Below, piece by piece: positions 26,990 to 37,961 of a DNA stretch of 64,000 nucleotides. A program made the position numbers and the translations under genes. The notes under the pieces are model-generated. The model was given only the letters and a program-made list of their open reading frames with translations, did not search any database and had not been told where the DNA came from. Within the stretch, counting starts at the first letter, position 1, and each line of letters opens with the position of its first letter. This stretch comes from Styela clava (Eukaryota), in NCBI RefSeq assembly GCF_964204865.1, contig NC_135259.1:5208001-5272000 (forward strand), in the 5' to 3' direction.

Positions 26990-27333
26990 TCAAAGGACGG
27001 ATCCAGCCGGAGTAGCTTGGTCTTCTGCTACCGTTATCTTGTCGTGCATTTCAATTTTAGTAAAATGTGTTGATTTGGAAGAACCTCTTTACGTTCTCTG
27101 TGAAGAACATTGACTATCTTTTGTTCTCCGAATCTTTTTGTAAACCGCGTCAACCATGTCCGAATATAGAATAGGATTAAGAGCACTGTTTATGGGCAAA
27201 AGAACGATTGCTGCCACAGCGTATGCTGTATCTTGAATATTCACTCCCGCCAGCTTGCAGAAGGACATTATGCAAATTGGGACCCAACAACAGAAATCAG
27301 TGATGATGAGACGAAGTATTTTTCTTTGCATTG
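26990..27333 (-). pseudogene. Duplicated GPCR terminal exon with premature stop at 27089
   Basis: …KDSQCSSQRT*, from a TCA>TAA change. The acceptor is intact. Confidence 0.85.
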
Positions 27334-29107
27334 CTGAAAAATAAAACAAATTTATATAAAAAATTGATAATAATAATAATTCCGATAAGGAAAATCAACC
27401 CAGAAACAAATGAAATTAAGGTGTGGGTGGTTATTGCCAAGGCTGTAGATTCGGAGAAAGTTTACATCCAACTCTGGACTATGGGTTGTTACATTTTTCC
27501 TATTCCTACTCCAGCTCTGAACTTAGGGAAAATTAAATCGAAAAGCGAAAACTTTGGCGTATGCAGGCCTTCTCTAATAGACTGTTGGGAACGCATCATA
27601 AATTTCATGCTTTTTGCTGATTGCTCTTGTTACCAATGCCAGTCTGAAATTCTTAATTCGGTGAATTCAGAATAATGAGTTAGAAAACAACGATCCCAGT
27701 TCCGACTCCGAATCCAATGGAAAAATGCCAAAATTTCAGCCCCGTCTCGACTCCACAGCTCAGCTTGCTAGAAACACCCAGCCTTGAGCTCATTAGAACG
27801 TATGGAAGATATATATATAGAAGTCACAGCTGCGCTGTGTTAAGTTAGAAAAGTAGGTGTTTGAGGCTCTTTTATGTCTCAGATAGCCGTAGTATTTCGT
27901 AGTAGTGCTTTTATTTTACCGCAAGTCGGCGCAAAGGCGAGTTACGATGAACACAATTAAATTAATATGGCAAGACATTTTAAATGCGCGTATTGTCCAT
28001 GGATTGAGTATCTTAGGCAACAGAAAATATTATTATCCGTTGGAAAAGTAGGCTGCTTAATTAAGTCGGCATTATTGCGGCGCGATAGAGTGATACAGAT
28101 TCGAAAAAGCGAATAATTTGCCTTTGGCCGGATTTTTACTTGGTAATATTTGAATGTTGGGTTTGTTAATGGACGCAGTGAACAGTTTAGTGATTAAAAA
28201 ATTACACTATCGTTTTTTGTTTTTTATAACAGTTCTCAAACCCGGTATTTAATGCCTATGTCATATATTTAATGTCAAAGAAATGTCATCGTCAAGAATG
28301 CAGAGATTTTAGAACTCATTTTCAATTGATTGAAATTAGGCCCAATCCAAATGAAATCAATGGATTCATTTCAGATTTAATAATATAAATTTAAAATATT
28401 GAACAAGTCTACAATACAGAATCTTTAGATCCAAATGGCCCCAAAGTGTTTTTATGTTGCCAATGCAGAAAATTGGTTTAAGGGATTTTTTGAAAAAATA
28501 TCTGAAATATTTTGGTTGAACATTGATTCCAAAAATATTGGATCTCCAATTTCTATGTCCCCCCGTTTTTTAAATGATACTGCTGAATCTTTCCTTAGTT
28601 TTAAGGACATACTTCGATGAATTTAACAGAATTCCCCATTGTGCGTCAGGGTCTGTCCGAATGTGCCCCACTCGTGGGATACAGTGGGAGACAAACGTTA
28701 TTATTTTCAAAGCATTTTGGCGGTGAGATGTATGTCGCGAGGGAATTTCTTAGTCGCTGAATAAAAACCACATTTACTCCTCTCCGCATTTGCACCGCAA
28801 AATGAAATGAAAGTACAGAATATATGACTCAAAATATGCAGATGAAAAAAAAGTGTCTCAACCTTCCACACTTTCCCCTACTCAGTTTCTAGCTACCGGA
28901 ATATTCCATTATTTTCCTAATGAGGAAGATGTCTTATTTAAATGCACATAAAAAGATGTAAGATAAAATTTTGATGACCCTGTGGATTCTCACAACCTGT
29001 GATTGTGACCACACTAACGGTCAATTGCTCTGGTATATACAGACTAGTATGCAATCTATACAAAATGAGTCTTTAAACCACGCTTTCGTCTTCAATTAAC
29101 GCCTTGT

Positions 29108-30177
29108 ATGGCACACAAAATTGTAACTCGAGAGTCCGAATTTAGGTATGGCTATTTAAAGCTCTGAGGACTTTGTACTACAAAACTCGTTAGAAACAAT
29201 TTATAAATCTCATCGAAAATATGAAATTATTTACATCTATTTTAAATAAATGGGATTAGTATTAACTTAATAGTAAACTAGCACATGAAGATCAAATTCA
29301 GTTCATGTTTTAGTTTAGTAATTTATCTACCTCAGAACGTGGATTGAATTGTCTGATGGAAAAGAAAAACGATTGGGATACATCTTTTAAAATATGTCAA
29401 AGAGCGTTTCAAAATGATTCGTTCTATATGTATACTCATCCAGATGCGGAAATACGACGGAAATTTCTAGCGATGTACTACAATGACACATATCTTGGAC
29501 ATTTGAAAGAGGGTTATGGATTGTTATCTTTACTTAAAGTGAAAGAAGGCAATGAAATAAAAATAATTGGTGGGATAGCTGGTTCATACATTTCAGGAAA
29601 AGAACTCAGCAAAGAAGACGATGATCGCTTGTCTCAGATCGATAAGGAAAGTTGGGAAAGGTATAAAAGTTAAGAACGTTTTTATTTTAAATTATACAAT
29701 TTGAGGTTTACAATTTTGCAGATTCTTACTGAAAATATTATGTTAGTTTCTTAGAATCAGATTTTACCTTCCCTAATTCAATAAATATTTCATTCAGGCA
29801 CGCGGAATGTGAGGAACAATCATACGAAAACGAATTCGGAGAATTGGGTGAAAAATTAGGGGTTACTGTTATTTATGGAATTTTTCACGCTATTGATGAC
29901 AGATATAGAGGAAAAGGAATAGGATCAAAATTTTTACTGAAAGCAATGCAAATGCAAAGTGATGAAGTAATGAGACGCGAAAAATATTTCTCACCATCCA
30001 AAATCTAGAAACTTTTGTAAAAAGATCGGCATGATTGAATTGGCTCAAGTAAGATCTTACCAACCAGCTGATTTATGCAAAGAGCTTTCGTATATGTGGA
30101 TTTTTGTTCTTCCATCTTTGCCTTCAAGTTATATCAATGCTGTCAAAAAATTTTTTGTTCTGCCAGCAAACCTGTGA
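29108..30177 (+). pseudogene. GNAT type B copy 3, pseudogene
   Basis: +1 A frameshift at ~29365, exon-2 donor AG|GT changed to AG|TT at ~29670, and a ~41-bp deletion in exon 3 at ~29985. Confidence 0.88.
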
Positions 30178-30242
30178 ATGTCTCGATAAATATTACAATG
30201 GCCTAATGAATTATTCAAAGCGTTGGGACAAAATAGTGTGTT

Positions 30243-30680
30243 AGGCCACGAGAGAAAAAGGGTTGAGTACCACTGGGACGTATGAATCATCATCGTCAAT
30301 AGACCTGGTAAACCTAGGACAGACGGGGTCCCAGTACCTGCACTTATAAGTTACGGTCGCCGTTCTACAGTTTCAGCTTTGTTCAGGAGGTAATTTTAGG
30401 GAAATTTGGGTAAAGTATTCGTTTTGCATATATTTGAGCATTGCTATCTTGTTTTTTAGCATGTGGATTGAATTATCTGATGGTAATGAAACTGACTGGT
30501 TGGCAAGTTTCAAAATATGTCAACGAGCTTTTCAAAATGATCCTCTATATATTTACACACACCCTGATCCGGATATTAGACGAAAATACTTGCATCTTTA
30601 AAAAGTATGTCAAAGAGCGCTTCAAAACGATCTGTTCTATTTGTATACCCATCCAGATACAAAAATACGATGTAAATGAT
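30243..30680 (+). pseudogene. Inverted fragment of gene A (intron 1 end plus start of exon 2) fused to a second, diverged exon-2 fragment
   Basis: 30243-30587 is nearly the reverse complement of ~1843-2185. It is followed by ASLKVCQRALQNDLFYLYTHPDTKIRCK* at ~30592-30678. An A-type exon 1 copy lies at 30858 with a weak donor (GTATAA). Confidence 0.8.
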
Positions 30681-31914
30681 TCATATATCAATATCTAAAT
30701 CTGAACCAAATAAAACGTTTTTGCCAGTCGCGTACTGCAGTCGGTTCTAAGCAATCTTACGCGTTGCTACATTTTTCGCACAAGAATATACTCTATCGAG
30801 CACTGATATTTATTCGTTTTTACTACTGATCAGTTACTACTAACGGAGATATTAGGAATGGCATCGTCAAAAAATACGAAGAGGTATAATAATTAATTAT
30901 TTGTGTAGCATTGTCGAAAATATTTATTCAGCATTTTTGTAAGCTTGGGATAAACCAATCTTGTCTTAATTATACATTGAAAAGTGTGACATACGCATTG
31001 TTATATCCCAAATGCGGCCTCATCATCTGTGGCCTGTTTCGCATTTGGCATCTGCTGGAGGTTAAATCAAAAATGCATTTGGTGTTGTCTAATCATAAAA
31101 ATCTTTTGACATATTGTTACATCACTAATTTCACTGAATTGACTACTAATGTTATGACTAGCGAAGTTTTTGGTCCGGAATATATGCTGACAACATAATA
31201 CATGGGCATCATAGAAAAATGAAAATCGAATGCGATATCTATTAGCTTAGGTTGGCTTATGCATGATAACTAAATATTAATGTTATGGCCTGACATTATA
31301 AATCCCGCCGGCTGTTTTTTTTAAACCAGCCTAAACAGGATTACAAAAAAAGATGTCTCTTTGTCAGAAAATTTAGTAAAAACCCTCCTCACATTTGGTA
31401 ATAAATCATCCTGCAGTGATTTGTAAATTGTTAAAATGAGTTTGAAAAAAACCAATTCAAACAGATTTTTAACTGGATATAGAAGTATAGTATATAAGTA
31501 TAAGTTTTTTTTCGACTCCATAATCAGCATAACAATACATTTGACAGATAAAAACAAATAAATAAAAACTGATTACGAAATCAGGGGAGCAAACAAAACC
31601 TTAGATAAGGTTTATAACGTACAAAATATAAGATGGAAGGTTTTGCCAAGAGGAAGTGGTACGTGTTTACTCACCTAAAATTATTATGTTATTTCACACA
31701 CGCTCATATGCACCCACCAGCCACACACACACACAACCACTGAGAAGTTATTTAAGTAAGAATAAAACGCGATAAATTTAGGGTATACTATACAGTAAAC
31801 TAGAAAAGAATATTATCTGCCACACCATGTTGATATTTTTGTAATGGTTGACATTGCCAAATTGATAAGAATAAAGGGTTGATGGGATTTGAACTAAGAA
31901 TTAGCATTCACATA

Positions 31915-32362
31915 TTTCGTTACCAACATTATTGCAATACTGTACGGTACAGTACCGGTACCGTAGTAAGACAGCGTAAGGAAAAAATCGTAGCAAAGTA
32001 CCGTAAGGACTTCGTTACGAACCATCGACGTTCGATGGCACGTGATCAAAAAGAAGAGGAGTGTCGGCTATGCGTCCGCAGAACGTTCGGTGACGTCGTA
32101 GCGAACAAAAACAAATCTCACAGAGCTAACAGAAATATTTGAAATAAATAAATGTAATAGCCTTCTGGAGAAAAATTTCGTCTTTAACCAGTAAAAATTT
32201 TGAAGCAATCGGTCCAGTAATGAAAGAGAAAAGCGGATTTTTAGATTTTCCACTAGATGTTCAAAAGTGTCAAAGAACAACAACAACAAGACCAACATAA
32301 TATTGAAACGATCGTTATGTCCACTACGTGTCCAAAAAGTATTAGGTTGTTGTCAAGGGAAT
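31915..32362. mobile_element. ~450-bp MITE-like insertion at the pseudo-exon 2 donor (unit 3 only)
   Basis: Absent in units 1 and 2. Flanked by duplicated CATA. Ends ATTTCGTTACCAACA / TGTTGTCAAGGGAAT form an imperfect (11/15) inverted repeat. Confidence 0.5.
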
Positions 32363-32367
32363 CATAC

Positions 32368-33647
32368 TGTTGATGTCTTCTCCAACCTTCTTCGTCGATA
32401 TCGGCAAAACGACCATAAGTTTTTTCCATCAAAATTTCATCTTCCTCCATTGAGCATGCTGTCGCTCCAACTATTTTGTCCGCGCCCGTCTTTGAATATT
32501 GCTGGATATAGATATTCATAACACACAGCAAGAAATTTTCGTCTAATATTCGTACCAGGATGTGTTTAAATGTATAAAGGGTCATTATGAAAAGCTCGTT
32601 GGCATATTTGAAAACTCGCCAACCTGTCCCGTTCATTACCATCAGATAATTCAACTCACATGCTGAAAAAACAAAAGGACAATGCTTAAATATATACCGT
32701 GAAGACCAGGACGAAATATTTTACCCACAATTACCCCAAAATCATATCCTGAACGAAGCTGGAATTGTGGAACAGACACCGTAATTTACCAGTACCGGTA
32801 CCACGCGGACTGTCCCAGCTTTCTCAGGGTCTGGGACCGATAATGATTCATGCTTCTAGTCTCGATGTAAATCAAATGATTGAATGATCCACAGGTGTGA
32901 TATCAAGTCTTTCACCGTACCGTAGCCTACTTGCAGTCTACCTTACATTTCCAAAAACCTTCAGACATTCGCTGAGCACGAAATCAGCTGATTGCGATTG
33001 TGGAATCGCTGCACGGTGCGCAATTTTTAATTTTCATGGCGTCATCACACAAAATTTCGTAGGGAAAAACGGATCCCATAGAGCCCAAAGAAATTTTAGA
33101 AATTAATAAAAGAAATAGCATTCTAGCGACAACAACAATCTTCAGCCATTGACAATTTAAAAGCAATTGGTACGATACTTGAAAAGAAAAGCAATTTTTT
33201 CACAAACAAGAAGAAAAGAAGAAGAATAATACCAAATATACCAACAGCAACAACAACAATTCGACATACAATCTATAAGTCCGATTTGTATCCAAGTGTC
33301 TAACAAACATGTCGCAAAAATATACTTTTATATTAAAGTGAAGAAATGAAAAAGCATGTTTCTCGGATAACGAATCCATTTTGCATTGTCACCTCGGCAT
33401 ATAACAATCCGCTTGCCACATTTATTGAAGCATACTTTAGACAAGATTAGTTTATCCCGTGGTCACGTAAATGCTTCGACACGAAATTTACATAAGGACC
33501 GTTTTGTTATTTCACCATAAATTGCGCCGAAAAATCAAACGTCGTAATTGCCATATGAATATTTTCGACAGGACGGTTATGCTATACAAATAATTACTAA
33601 CGTTACGTTGCTGGTACTTACCTCTCTGCATCATTTAACAATGTTAT
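32368..33647 (-). pseudogene. A-type GNAT pseudogene (exon 1 33647-33622, exon 2 32662-32368)
   Basis: Start ATG changed to ATA, ATG-TGA stop in exon 2, internal deletion, no exon 3. Lies head-to-head with C3. Confidence 0.85.
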
Positions 33648-34044
33648 TTCAAATATTTTCGTTCGCGTTAACGGATCAGTAGTAAATAAATGTAAGTGCC
33701 AGTACTCGTGACAGTATATTATTGTTCGACAATAAGTTGCCAATCTTAATTTTTTTTAGATGCAACCGATAGAAGCACGCGACTAGCATAGGAGGTAAGG
33801 TTTAAACAATAATATAAAAATAAAAGATTCAAATGGCTTTTTGTGTAATTCAAAGTCTATTCACCACAGCTGTTGACGCGCATGAGTTAGTATTAGTCAA
33901 CAGTGCCTGTTCCTCTGGACAATTCTCTGAGTTAATCATTAAAGCAGAGTTTTGAATGGTGCGTATTTGACATCATTTGTAAATCCAGCAGCGTGTGTGA
34001 TAGCCTAACAAATTTATGAGTTGACTCAAACGTGCAATTTCGAA

Positions 34045-36377
34045 ATGGATACAAATGAGGAAAATACCAAGTAAGTGAAATAGCACAGAAAATATAATAA
34101 TTGGTTAGACCGGACTTTGTGAGAGAAACCATTTGAAGGATTTCGACCGTCGCTACCAACGCTCTGAAACGAATTCTAAGACTCACCTGTACGAATATCT
34201 TAGGGTTAGTTAAATTCCAAAATTGGACCATGTAGTGATTTGTAGCGAGTGAAATACGTTGTGTTTATCTGTTTGCACAATAATATTAATCTACGAATGA
34301 TTTATCATTAGCTGACAATAAGCCACCAGACGATCAATTGTAAAATTATTTTACATTAAGTTAAACAAGTTGAATTGATTTTGTTCTGGAAAAACATTTT
34401 CTTTTGCCTTCACTTTATGTATGTTCAGGCAGGCTAACATGTTTTTAATTCAGGATTTTGAATAAAATATCAAATACTGATATATTTATTGGATTCCAAA
34501 ACCATTTTATCAGAATTTCAAAGTTATAATTAATAACATCATAATTTTGTGTAAATGAGGTAAATTTCTATATATAACTGAGAATAAACATGAGAGCACA
34601 GCTTAAATTCATAGACACGGAGGTCACCCATCAGTCGGTACTGTTACCGAGATTGATGAAATGCAAAGTGGTGCCACGTGGTGGCGCAATGTACCAGAAC
34701 AAGCCAGGTTTGGGATGTAAAACCATGCTCACAGGAATCAGAGTAAATTCAAAATTAAATGAAAGTAACATTTTTTCAGTGACTTTTAGTAGTAAATTCA
34801 AAACTCATTCGGACTACTAGTTGAAAGGAAAAACGATTTATCATAATAAAAACGTCAAAACCAAAACTCACATCTTGGCTACCCATAAACATGTAATTAA
34901 CAAGTTGAAAAATCAACGAAAAGTAATCTTTCTAAAGAAACCTAAAAAGATTTAACATTGAAATATTGAGCACCTGTAGAATGATATGTAACACAAATTA
35001 TACACTGTAAGAAAGATAATTTTAGATTTATTCTTTTATTCGAGTTCTTTGATACGAAGATTAGTTTTCATTAGTGAGAAATTGTGATTTCAATTGCATT
35101 ATGAGTTATATGCAACGGCAATCGTCCAGAAATCGTTAACATATCGTAAATTCATTTCAATGGAGAACGTGGGTCCGCGGAAAATACACGATGTAGAAAA
35201 TAGTCACAAGCTCTTCCCGTCATGTTTACTTTACTCGTATTTTTTGTATTCGTGCAATTCCAAATAAAAATTAAATCGCAATGCCCAATTACGCTTGAAT
35301 CAGCGAGTTATTTTAGAGATTTTGGTCTTCGTTTATAATGCTTAGGCGTCTATTGCACGTATCAAATTATTATTCTTTTTGGTTGTGCCTCCGTATTCCT
35401 ATTATTCGTGTTCGAACAATCAAAAATATTTTATTTAATTCAGAATGTGGATGGAATTATCAGATGGCAAGGAAAGTGATTGGAGAGATTGTTTTAAAAT
35501 ATGTCAGCGAGCATTTCAAAATGATCCTTTCTACACTTACACACACCCGGATCCAGCAATTCGGCGAGAATTTTTGAAAGTCTATTTTGACTATTTATAC
35601 CCAGCTATTTTACAAGATGGCAAAGGTATATTAGTTGTAATAAAAGCTGAAGACGAGGAAGGAATCAAAATAATTGGTGGAATGTCAGTTACAATGTATC
35701 AGGATGAGGAATTAGAAAATGATCACACAGCTTTACTAGCAGTTGATAGAAACGGTTGGATGAAACATTTGAGGTAATACTTACTACCTATTTGATAAAA
35801 CTTTACATTTAATGTGTTCAATGTTTTCAGTGCTTCATTTTTTTTCAATTTCGGCCAAAGGTTTTTGATATAGTACTTGTTCATCCCTCACATCACTGTC
35901 TGGAATACCATAGAACAATTGTATTATTACCTATGATGCATTTGTTATATTTATAGACGTGATGACTGGGAATGTGAAACCTATTACGAAAAATTACAAG
36001 AATTGGCAGACAAATTAGGTACAAACCTTATGCCTGGCGTGTTTCAAATAGTGGATGATGGCTACAGAGGAAAAGGAATTGGATCAAAATTCGTCATGCA
36101 AGCGGTGCAGATGATGAGTGACGAAGTCGTAAAAAGAAAGCGTCTCGCTGGAATAGCAAAACCTAAACCTCCCCTGGCTTATTGCATCTGTGATCATGAA
36201 AGGTCTAGGAATTTTACGAAGAAAAGTGGGTTCATAGAAGTGGCTCAATTACGTACAAACAACGTTGGAGTTCTAGGCAAAGATACATCCCATATATGGA
36301 TATTTTTACTTCCACCTGAGGATCCGAGTTGGATTTATGAAGCCAGAAAAATGTTTGTTTATCCATCTAATCTGTAA
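34045..36377 (+). CDS. GNAT type C copy 3, complete, 258 aa; exons 34045-34070, 35444-35773, 35957-36377
   Basis: ATGGATACAAATGAGGAAAATACCAA|GTAAGT is a 26-nt phase-2 exon, the same size as A exon 1. It gives MDTNEENTK|MWMELSDG...VYPSNL*, 777 nt. Confidence 0.85.
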
Positions 36378-37961
36378 ACATTTCTTTTTGTGCTCCATAC
36401 TTATCAGGCACATATAACATTGCGGAACTTATATGAACTACCTCGAATCAAATAGTTTTTCAGCTGCCAAAGTTTGATGGAATAATAGTCTAGAGGAAAT
36501 TACAAACAGTCATGAGTTATACCCTTTACCCGTGATTTTTTTGCAGAATAGATTACTGCCTTTTATCAAATCCTTGTGCTTATACTAAAATACATTATCA
36601 GATTATTTTGTATGTCTTATGTCAGATTGTCTTTGCAATATATATGATTTTGTGCAATATAATATTATATTCCATTTTCTTCGGATTTTTTTGTATATAC
36701 TGTAAATGAAAAGACATACATTATATAAATATATATAACTATTTCTCGAAATAATGATTTTCTTTTATAGATACCAGTTACATTCCACCAAAAATATTAT
36801 GTTAAAAGTATTTTGGAATACTACTTCTCTTTAAGATATTAGTCCTGTAACTGATTGCGTTGAGCAAACCGCATTAGTAAAGTATCGCGTTAATCGGTAG
36901 TTTCAACGAACCGCTTTTCAAGTAGAAAGTTATCTATAAATCATGATGTTTTAGTGTTTTCATGTCGCGCTGCGATAAAAAAGATTACTCTGGTGTCAGT
37001 CGTATCGAGAGCAAGATTGTTTATAAAATACATACGATAAATTCAATCGTATTTGATAGAAACATTCTTGATAAAAGATATATAACAGTTTACTTCTGTG
37101 GGAAAACTCATTTAAAAAAAATATCTATGACTTTGGATTTATTATACACCTGTGCAAAACCAATGGATAACAATAAAATTTGATGCATGAAGAATATCTT
37201 TCGAATGGCAACTGATTGATACAAACAAAAAACTATATAAAAATGAAGACAAGAACAGAAGCATTTTATGTATTACATAACATATCCGGGGACTACTCAT
37301 TGCCAATTGAATTGAATAAATTTCACGCAAAATAAACGACGTACTGATTTTCATTAACACAAACACAAAGAAGCCCAAGTTATTTTGCCATTAGTTAGGC
37401 TTAGTCAAACATAAATGCATGATTGCACTTTTGTTTTTCGTTGCTTGCCCACCTACCAGATTTGTATGTTGAAATTTACAAAGTATATAAATATATATAT
37501 ATCTGAAAAACAACTGATGAGCTGGGCATGGACGCAAAATGAAACTCCTCTTCATTGTGCTTGAGCTTGCATAAAACGAGATTTCAAGAACGATTCCATA
37601 AATAAGGCTACGAAAGAGCACAAAGTTGCTTTAACTCAAATGATCCTATTATTTACCTACAAAATTTCAAGTTTTCTTCTGATCAAGTTTGATGGAACGC
37701 TTAGTACTCTTTGTTCTTGACAACCCAAATCAGAAGAGCCCACCCTCAAAAATGGGCTCAAAGATGGCAATCCAAGCTGGTCTTATTGAAAGGAGTCAAC
37801 TTTCAAGAAAATTATCACTAAGTTCCATGACACTGAGTAGGTTTTGAATCGCTGGTTAGTATTTTCAGGTTTCTGGAATAATTTCTTGTGAACCAATCAC
37901 ATTCAAAGGTCAACTAATATTTAACAATGATGCACGTAAAAATGCTTCAATTTCCAGTTAC

